In this document: positions 1-8,478 of the stretch, one piece after another | Position numbering within the stretch: the first letter of the stretch is position 1 | How the letters are laid out: every line of letters begins with the position of its first letter | Assembly: GCA_050230475.1 (NCBI GenBank) | Contig: JBFLGF010000225.1 | Location: forward strand, 1-64,000 | Length of the DNA stretch: 64,000 nucleotides | Reading direction: 5' to 3' | Source of the DNA: Ancylonema sp. | Taxonomy: Eukaryota | Made by a program: the position numbers and the translations under genes | The notes under the pieces: generated by a model | What the model was told of the DNA's origin: nothing | Databases searched by the model: none | Seen by the model: the letters and a program-made list of their open reading frames with translations, nothing else

Positions 1-122
1 CATGTGTAATGAAATGTTGCAATTCGCACGTGTGAATTATGTATATCGGCACGATTTGTTATACGCAATCATTCACACGTGAAACATGAGCACGACGCCA
101 TATAGTACGACAAAGGTTTAAA

Positions 123-1506
123 AAGGCTGCCTCTCTGATAACCCAGTCAGTCGACGACGGGATTGTTTAGACTCTAAGCGTGCATGGACAGGATCCTAAG
201 CTGATGTTGGAAGCACTTTCAGGTGATTATAACACTGTCACGCCAGCGCAGCAGTCTTTTGCGAGGCAGGTCGTCCAAGCCTTCCGAGTCACAGAGGACG
301 AGACATATTTGGAAATTAAACAGAGATTCAATGAGCTGCTCCGCAAGGTGGGAGAAAAAAATGGTGCAGTTTCGATAGAAGACCAACTTCAAACTCTACT
401 TGGTTCTCTCCCTGCGAAGTTTGACATATTAGAGAGTCTTACTTTGCCCAAACACTTGCATCCAATATAACCTATCTCTGGACACGGATGTATGACATCG
501 AGACTACACAAAAGAGGAGAGAGGCCGAGATGGGCAGTACATGGATGAGAGGAGAGGTGCTATTTCATACTAGAGGACGAGGAGGAAACGCATTCGGAGG
601 AAGAGGAAGAACAAGTAGCAGTGGTGGTGGTGCTTTCGGTGGGAGAGGCGGTGAAGTGAAAAATGAGAGTTGTTTCAGGTGTGGGGAGATGGATCACCGG
701 AGTAGAGAGTGTCCCAAGAAAGAAAGTGTGTGCAGTTGGTGCGGAATAGTTGGACACATAGAGAAAAATTGTTACAGTAAAGCAAACGGTGCAGTCAGAG
801 GAGGAAAAACAAGTGGCAGAGCAGGTGGTCGAACAGGAAGAGGAGGCAGAGGTAGAGGAAGCACAAGGTTTGGTGAGGGAGACGCGGATGGAGAGTCAAG
901 TGAACAAGGACATTCTAAAGTACTAATCGGCGAGATCAATATGGGGACAGGCGAGGGGGGTGGTGAAGAGAGAGAGTGGGTGTGTGATTCAGGTGCAGAT
1001 TATCACATGAGTGGAGATGCTACTCTCTTCGATTCTCTTGAACTTATCCCATCGAAATTTTTCGTGAAGCAAGTCATGGGTAGAGTGGCTGTGACGCAAT
1101 GGGGAACAGTTTGACTTCTGACACATGGGATTGATGGGTTCAAGAAGAAGCTGGAGCTGCAGGAAGTTCTTTTCATGTCTTGCATGAAAGTTAACGTCTT
1201 TTCCTTACAACGAATAAGGTCAAAGGGTGCATGCAGTTTCTCTTTTCATGGGAAACCTCAGCCTGAGAGGGTGATTTAAATCTTCAACCGTTCAAGGGAG
1301 CAGATAGCCACGATGAAGGAGAGAGTCAGAGCCAGGCCTACATTGATTTGCGAAAGGCTCAAATACGTTGATGAGGATGAGGGTGGAGGTGAAGTTGAAA
1401 CATATTTTCTCGGTGGAAAGGGGATACAAATAGAACTTCTCCACAGGCGTTTAGGTCACACATCCCAGAGTGTGATTGACAGGCTTGTGCGTGAGCAGAT
1501 GGTGAG
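123..1506 (+). pseudogene. Ty1/copia gag-protease-(GAG-pre-integrase) region, decayed, 5' part
   Basis: UBN2-like gag text (LLGSLPAKFD), two CCHC knuckles (CFRCGEMDHRSREC, CSWCGIVGHIEKNC), copia protease motif WVCDSGADYHM and LLHRRLGH; several stops and frameshifts. Reading frame resumes at 3722 once the nested insertion is removed (EQMV|RGLEEG). Confidence 0.92.
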
Positions 1507-1834
1507 TGTTAGGACCACTCCCTATAGTCACTAGTGCTCCCCTAGTGAGTGTCCCTAACTCGCACTTGTGTGCTTCTAGACACTAGTTCAGTTGTGCTAC
1601 TAGCATGTGTGCACTAGGTTGTCTTTTAGTGCAATGCTTATTATCCCACATGTCTCATGCTCATTTCATGCTCATTAGTATCTATACTCGTTAGGAGCAT
1701 CTTTCCATTTGCTCCTACCTAACAATTCATGTACTTCCGTACACATGAGTTACTCTTCATCCCATTCCGAGTCTCTATGTGTATTTAGTGCTTTTCTCAT
1801 AAGCTATGCCCTACTCTTCATTCGAGGCGTAACA
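1507..1834 (+). repeat. 5' LTR of the 2.2-kb element
   Basis: TGTTAGGACCACTCCC...GGCGTAACA, aligns with 3387-3716. Confidence 0.93.
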
Positions 1835-1901
1835 CTCTGTTAGGAGAATTCTTTTTCGGCATCACTACCGCTTCAAAGTTTATTATTTGCTATTTCTCGC
1901 C

Positions 1902-3149
1902 ATGACAGATTTTGATGCGGTGGTGTTGACGCCAGAAGTAATTCAGACCATGCTCATTCAAAATAGACAACTAAGAAAGAAAAAGAATCAACTCATTAAT
2001 TATTATTACAAACAAATTATTCCTCTTCCTACATCCATTCAGTTCCCTAATATTACGCCTACTATTCATCCTCTTCATCCACCTTCTATCGTTACTCCTT
2101 CACTCCTCCTACCCTTATCCCTATTCTTCATACTACTCCATCTCCAACAACTCCTCTTCCTTCTCTACTCCCTTCTCCATCTCTCTCTATCCAACCTACA
2201 TGTTCATCTAGCACCACACTTCAGCCGCAGCCGCCGCCACCTCAGCCGCAACCACAAGTCGGCGCCACGGTGCTCCGGTCGCCGCCAGATTCCGCCAGCT
2301 GACCTGTCCCAACACCCCACCCCATCCGGCCGCCCTGTTCCCTCCCCATCACTTGTCCCATCCCTCCCTTTCCCCCTGTCACCATCCAGCAGCACTCCAA
2401 GTCAGCCGCCAACCTACTCCCGGTCTCACAACCCTCCCCTCCCGGTCTCCTGTAATCATCCGCCGCCGGCACCTGTCAGCTGCCCTGTCCCCAGCCGCCG
2501 CCAACATTGGTCCGCTTCCCTGTCCCAAGGCTCCCCCCTCCAGGTGTCCTGTTCCGACAGCTGCCGCCGCTGCCAGCACCTGTCAGCTACCCTGTCCCAA
2601 GGTCCCCCTCCTCCATGGTTCCCCCACAATGCCCCCATCCTGCACCTCCCTCTCTCCCTTCCTATCTCTCCCTCCCTACCAGCAACCTGTCCAGCCACCA
2701 TCTCTACCCGGCCATTCGTCACCCTCCCATTCCCCTGTTTTAGCTCCCCGGGGAGTCGAACCCCGAGAGCCAGGCTTAGGCCCGCTGCTTCCCGCAGAGC
2801 ACCATTCTTCTCCAAGCCCTACCATTGCATAACCCCCTACCTGAACTATCGCCTCCCTGCCGCTCATATTTCCCGCCGCCGTCAACGTCGTTGTCCCAGA
2901 CAGGTATTCTGCTCTTCCATGCCTGGCGATGCCGCAACGACTCCCCCCTGTTCCTCCTCCACCAAGAGTCTTGGTCACGTCTGGAACCCGGGTCTCTGTT
3001 CCTCGTCCTCGTGCAACGTGGCCCAATCTCCAGCCTTCAGTTTTCTAAACCAGTCCATCCTGGCCGTAATCGCTTTTTTCACTTCTGCCACCCGTCAGTT
3101 TCGTTTTCGGATTCCGTCCACCGTCATTTTTTCAGTTTTCGAGGCATAA
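1902..3149 (+). CDS. Possible ORF of the non-autonomous element (Pro/Ser-rich, unknown product, perhaps degenerate gag-derived)
   Basis: ATG 67 nt after the 5' LTR, open to 3149. Its start MTDFDA resembles the gypsy gag start MASFDA. The sequence is C-rich and low-complexity, so ORF length is weak evidence. Confidence 0.3.
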   Translation: MTDFDAVVLTPEVIQTMLIQNRQLRKKKNQLINYYYKQIIPLPTSIQFPNITPTIHPLHPPSIVTPSLLLPLSLFFILLHLQQLLFLLYSLLHLSLSNLHVHLAPHFSRSRRHLSRNHKSAPRCSGRRQIPPADLSQHPTPSGRPVPSPSLVPSLPFPLSPSSSTPSQPPTYSRSHNPPLPVSCNHPPPAPVSCPVPSRRQHWSASLSQGSPLQVSCSDSCRRCQHLSATLSQGPPPPWFPHNAPILHLPLSLPISPSLPATCPATISTRPFVTLPFPCFSSPGSRTPRARLRPAASRRAPFFSKPYHCITPYLNYRLPAAHISRRRQRRCPRQVFCSSMPGDAATTPPCSSSTKSLGHVWNPGLCSSSSCNVAQSPAFSFLNQSILAVIAFFTSATRQFRFRIPSTVIFSVFEA

Positions 3150-3386
3150 TCCCCAGTTTCAACGTCTTGTGACCGTCCAACATTCCCCATCCAACGGCGC
3201 AACTTACTTTGTAGTTTCCGTCATCCAGCCAATCCACGGGCTCCACTTCACCATATCTCGCTCGCTCGTTCCACCTCATTCCACGTCACTATTTCTCATT
3301 TCTTTTCTTCTACCTATTTTTCATTACTTATTTTTTTTTCCATCTCGTCTCCGGTGTCCCGTTTACTCTTTTTAACGGGGGGGTAC

Positions 3387-3716
3387 TGTTAGGACCACTC
3401 CCTATAGTCACTAGTGATCCCCTAGTGAGTGTCCCTAACTCGCACTTGTGTGCTTCTAGACTCTAGTTTTCTGTTGTGCTTCTAGCATGTGTGCTCTAGT
3501 TTTTCTTTTAGTGCAATGCTTATTATCCCACATGTGTGTTTCATGCTCATTTCATGCTCATTAGTATCTATACTCGTTAGGAGCATCTTCCCATCTGCTC
3601 CTAACAATTCATGTACTTCCCTACACATTAGTCACTCCATCCCATTCCGAGTCTCTATGTGTATTTAGTGCTCTTTCTCATAAGCTATGCCTCTACTTCT
3701 CATTCGAGGCGTAACA
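3387..3716 (+). repeat. 3' LTR of the 2.2-kb element
   Basis: Follows the PPT, aligns with 1507-1834, followed by TSD GTGAG. Confidence 0.93.
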
Positions 3717-3721
3717 GTGAG

Positions 3722-5293
3722 GGGGCTTGAGGAGGGTGTGAAGGGGGAGTTCGGGATGTGCAAGGGATGCAAGATGGGAAGGTCCAGCGACATGAATCAT
3801 CCTCGCAAAGATCCAGAGTACAAGGAAAAAGAGCAACTGGAGTTGATTCACACAGACATCGCTGGACCATTCGTTCCTACGGCAATCGAGGGGTGGGGAA
3901 AATATCATCCAGTAATTGTCGATGACTTCAGCAAGAAGGCGTGGTGCATTCCTCTAAAGAAGAAAAGCGATATAGCAACATCGATGAAGGAGTGGATCGC
4001 TGTGCACGAGAACGAGGTGGGGAAGAGGGTCAAAAAAATGAGGTCTGACAATGGAGGGGAGTTAGTCGATGTAGCATTCGAAAAACGATTGTAGAGCACG
4101 GCATCGTTCATCAGACTATTCTAGCGAGGTCCCCTCAAGCCAATGGTGTATGTGAGCGAATGAACAGGAAAATTCAAGATCGTGCGAGGTCCATGCTAGT
4201 GGGAGCTGGACTAGGAGGGGGGTTATGGGTCGAGGCTATCTCCGCAGCATGCTACATCAGAAACAGGTGCCCTGTCGCAAGACTCAGCAAGACTCCAGAC
4301 GAACTGTGGAGTGGGCAGGTGCCTTCAGTGAAACATCTTAGAGCATATGGCAGTAAGGCGTATTTTTCTTTGGAGAAAATGAAGAGGAAGGGGAAGATGG
4401 GGGTGACTTAGTGGGAGGGTGTAGTGGTCGGTTATCCTTTAGCGAGTGTCAGTTATCGGGTATGGGACCCGATCACAGGTAAGGTGTACAATGTCGGAGT
4501 ACCATTCGTGGACGAGGATGTCAAGCCAGGTTGGTGGAGGGGTGGTAGAGGAGGTGGAAGAGTTCATTTTTCCAAATCTGGATGTCGACAGTTCACAGCA
4601 AATACAGCAAGGTTGGGAACATGCTCATGCTGCAGATGGGGAAGTCGAGCCACTCATGCTTGACTTGGTGGAAGACAGTGCGACGATGAGGACGATGGTG
4701 AGGGCCCTGGGGGGGATGATGATCAATGGGGGACCAGATGATGATGGTGTGGTGGAACAACATGTCGAACAGCCAGTTTCAACCGGACCTCGACATGGCA
4801 ACAAGGAAAAGAGGGGGGTGCCATCCTTGCGCTTCATCGAGGAATATCTGGCCGCTACTGTGGAGGAAGAGGTGAAACAGAGTCCTCAGTCTATTCAAGA
4901 AGCCTTGCAGGGACCTCACAGTGAGAAGTGGAAAATGGCACTGGAGAGCGAGATGGGTAGTCTCAGGGAGAACGGTGTTTACGAGATTGTCGATAGGCCA
5001 CTTGGCAAGAAAGTGGTTAAGTCGAAATGGGTCTTTCGGGTTAAGACCAATGAGTTGGGGGAGGTTGAAAAATACAAGGCCAGGGGTGGTGAAGGGGTTA
5101 AGTGAGGTGGAAGGGATAGACTATGGTCAAAATTTTAGTCCGATTGTGCGGTTTGAAAGTATTCGGCAAATGGTGGCTTTGGGAGCTTCGAGGGGGATGA
5201 ATATGCATCAGATGGATGTGACTACCGCTTTTTTGTATGCACCTCTCGAGGCGGAGGTCTTCATGGATCAACCGGAAGGGACAGTATGGGAGG
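3722..5293 (+). pseudogene. Ty1/copia integrase and N-terminal reverse transcriptase, decayed and truncated
   Basis: CKGCKMGR zinc motif, IHTDIAGPF, VDDFSK, RSDNGGE, LWVEAISAACYIRNR, KSKWVFRVK, KYKAR, MHQMDVTTAFLYA, VFMDQPEG; copia domain order INT then RT. RT breaks at 5293 and does not resume in the window. Confidence 0.92.
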
Positions 5294-5406
5294 TGTCATA
5301 TGGTAGAGAATCGTGTTATGTGTAACGACCATTAACCATTGCGCCTCCTCTTTGTCATGTATTATGTACAAATGCGCTTGCGATGTGAATTGAGTTTTGT
5401 GTGTCA
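5294..5406. repeat. 113-bp TG..CA direct repeat, copy 1
   Basis: TGTCATAT...GTGTGTCA; matches 12252-12364 with 6 mismatches, all in positions 9-27. Confidence 0.85.
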
Positions 5407-5474
5407 CTAGTGAAAAGTAGCTCTAGGTGTTAGGACCACCCGATATCTTGTCTAGATCTTTTGATGGGGGATCC

Positions 5475-5905
5475 TGTTAGGACCACTCTAGTGCGTGTCC
5501 CTAACGAGCTAGTACTCGTATTTGTTACTTAACCCGTTTCGACTGAGTGACCAAAGGTCCTTAGCTTTTAAGTTATTCCCGTCACTTAACTATTTTCCGT
5601 ACTTCAGTAATCATTTCGTTAATAGTCGTTCGCTTCGAGTGCTTAGACTAGTTACCGTTCTTACACTTGTTCCATCGTGTCCTTAGTCATTTGATTACTA
5701 TATAGCATAGAAAGAAACATACATTCCGTCCTTATCAACTCATGTAATCGTGTTCTTTCTAAGTGCCTACCTTTCATCTTCCCTTACTTTCCGCTTCACT
5801 GCTTCACTTCTCTTCTCAATTCCTTTTCCTTTTACATTCATTGATTCCTTCACCATTTCCTTTTCATCCTTTATTCTTTCCAAGCACATAGTTCACATCG
5901 TTACA
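5475..5905 (+). repeat. 5' LTR of the gypsy element
   Basis: TGTTAGGACCAC...GTTACA, TATATAG at 5699, aligns with 11294-11724. Confidence 0.95.
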
Positions 5906-5927
5906 CTTTGAACTTTTTTTTTTGCGG

Positions 5928-7047
5928 ATGGCTTCTTTTGATGCAAATGTCGCTCAATAAGAACGTGACCGCGTGGCCCGCTTGGATTCGGACAGTAATT
6001 CTATTCGTACACAACTTCAGCAAATGGCGAATCACGTGAATTATTTTACGAACCGAGTTCAAAATCAAAATCCCCCCCCTCCTCAACCCCCCCCTCCTCT
6101 ACGCCGAAATCTCAACCTTCCCGATCCTTCTAAGTTTTTTGGCAATCCTTCGGAACTACAATCCTTCAAAGTCCAACTCTGCCAATACATGGGGGCCAAC
6201 TACGACACCTACATCGATAGTCAGACTCAGATCCTTTTCTCGGGCAGTCACCTCCTTGGTCCCGCACGAGACTGGTATGAGTCTCTCATCGATCCAGTCA
6301 CTCCAATGGTTCCCCCTTCCTACACCTTCGACATCTTCCTCCAAGAGCTTGAGGACTTCTTCGGGGGCGCCATCACTCTCCAATCCCGAGAGCGCTCCCT
6401 CACCAGTCCTGCGGCAAACCGGTATCGTATCAGAGTTGGCCATTGCTTTTCAAACCATCACAAATGCATTTCGCCCTCGTTGGTCTGATCATCCTCTCAT
6501 TTATGTGTTTTCGCAAAAATTGAAAGAGGTTGTAAGGTTTGAGCTGAGTGCCCGTGTTGCCCTCCCCCTTACCTTTTAGGCGTTCATATCGGCTGCCATC
6601 TCAGTCGAGCTCAACCAGGCGGCGGCTGCCTTGTCTCGCCCCCATCACCCCCCTCCCCCCCCCCGCCTTCCAAACACCCCCAAGCCAATTCCTTCCAACC
6701 CCCACCCTCGTCCAATCCCCTACATCTCCCCTCATACCCCCATGGATGTGGATGCCACCCGTGGTACCCATGGTCCCCTCACTCAGGAGGAACGCCGCCG
6801 CCGCTACGACGCCTGTCTTTGCGGCTATTGCGGCAGGCCTGGCCATGCCATCTCCACCTGCCCCAACCGCCTTCAAGTTCGGGGTGCTTTTCAGCTCCCC
6901 CCCGGGTTCCAACTTGTCCCCCAGACCTTCCTGAGTCCCTAGACGCAAATCCCTGTTCCCGGCCCTTCACCCCAGTTTTCTAGCCCCCTCACCACCACCC
7001 CCCCCCTCCCCCTCGACCCCTCAAAAAACGCACTGCCCAGCCAATAA
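5928..7047 (+). pseudogene. gag: gypsy gag (premature stops, frameshift)
   Basis: ATG at 5928; PSKFFGN...F.VQL capsid start; LRQTGIVSE; PMDVDA; CGYCGRPGHAISTC knuckle; TAA at 7045-7047. Confidence 0.88.
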
Positions 7048-7061
7048 GAGCCTGGCTGGGC
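7023..7061 (+). promoter_or_regulatory. -1 programmed ribosomal frameshift signal (gag-pol)
   Basis: Slippery heptamer A AAA AAC in the gag frame, 5-nt spacer, perfect 9-bp stem GCCCAGCCA/TGGCTGGGC; the protease motif lies in the -1 frame. Confidence 0.85.
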
Positions 7062-7844
7062 GGTACTCTCCCCCTTCCCCCCCCCTTCCCTTACCCCACC
7101 CCTTGTCACCTTACCCTTTTAATGTACTTCCTTGTTCTCGGCTAGCATCCCATCCCCATCCTCGCCCTCATCGACTCCGGGGCTTCAGATTGTTTCCTGG
7201 ATCCCTCCGTCCTCGTTACATATCAGTTACCCTCCCAACCCTATCCCCTTCTTATCCCTCTTGAGCTTATTAACGGAAAAGTCCCTGCCACTGGTCCTAT
7301 AACCCATTTCTACCACTCTCATCTTCGTATTCACGGTTCCCATACCGAACACCTTACCTGCCACATCATGCCGCTCGGCCATGTTAAGCTTATCCTCGGC
7401 TTCCCCTGGTTGGCACGCCACAACCCCTGCATCAATTGGGAGGCGGGCCAGCTCTCCTTCACCTCCCCCTTCTGCTCCTCCACGTATCTTCCTTCCCCCT
7501 CCCCTCCTTCCCCCTCCCTTCCTTCCCCCCCCCCTCCCTCCCCCTCTGTCCTTCCCCCCCTCTTCCCCACCCCCTTCCCCCCCCCTCCTCGCCTTGCTAG
7601 CACCATTCTCCCCCTCCTCCCCACTCCCCTCCCTCCCCCTTCCCCAACCCCCCCCCATCCAGATTTATTTCACCAAGTCCCGGTTCAGTACCATGATTAC
7701 CTATATGTTTTCTCGGAGCCTGGCGCCAACACCCTTCCCCCCCATCGCATGTATGACCTTGATATACCCCTTCAGCCCGGTGCCTCCCCTCCCTGGGGTC
7801 CCATCTACGGCATGTCCAGTCCCGAGCTGGCAGAGATGAGGCGC

Positions 7845-8478
7845 TGTCGATGTTGCAGGGAGGGGGATTGTGAGATATGTGCTGCAACATGTTTGTATAT
7901 TAAATTAGCGTCTTAGTTATGAGTTGGCCAAAGTTGCCTATTTGAATCGACGGGACCTTGTGTCGTGTTTTGTGACATTTTGGTTTTGTGTTTGAGTGTG
8001 TGTCTATGACATGAGTAAAATGACTTTGGTGCTTATATTAAAGAGAGATATTTGATCGAGATATTTGTAGTACGGTTAGAATATTGTATCGGTGATTTTT
8101 GTTTTAGTGACAACGTGGCGATGGCGTGACCTAGTTTGTCTCGCGCGTGCGTATTTATGAAGATTGTGTACGACCGGGTTTAGATTGATCGTTCGTTGTA
8201 TCTAGGGTCATTAGTCATTTAGAAGTGCTTCGGACTTGTGGCTACGTGCCCAAAGTCGGGGACTTTTGGCTATCAGACCTAGATTCGCGCTTACCGAACC
8301 AATATAGTGACAATTCTTCTTCTCCGGTATTTGTTACTTGATCTTCAATGAAAGAAGCTTTGTCTATGTGTTGCGCACAGTGAGTATGTGTACAATGAGT
8401 ATGAGAATGAGTTTATGCGCATTTGAGTAAGAGTTGAGTTAAGAGTTGTGTTTGGTGGTCGTCAATATGGCCACCACA
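7845..8478. mobile_element. 634-bp insertion in gypsy pol, probable solo LTR of another family
   Basis: AT-richer non-coding block with TGT...ACA ends; removing it restores ELAEMRR|YVTTYLANGFIRPSKSP. Only a 2-3 bp duplication (GC/GCT) is visible. Confidence 0.75.

Larger units (their letters stand above)
1507..3716 (+). mobile_element. Non-autonomous LTR retrotransposon (2.2 kb) nested in the copia element
   Basis: Similar LTRs at 1507-1834 and 3387-3716, both TGTT...AACA; 5-bp TSD GTGAG at 1502-1506 and 3717-3721; PPT AACGGGGGGG just before the 3' LTR; no PR/RT/INT motifs inside. Confidence 0.93.

Noticed and set aside
27..81. Inverted repeat CACGTGTGAAT/ATTCACACGTG
   Set aside because: It lies at the window edge with no context; it may belong to another element upstream.
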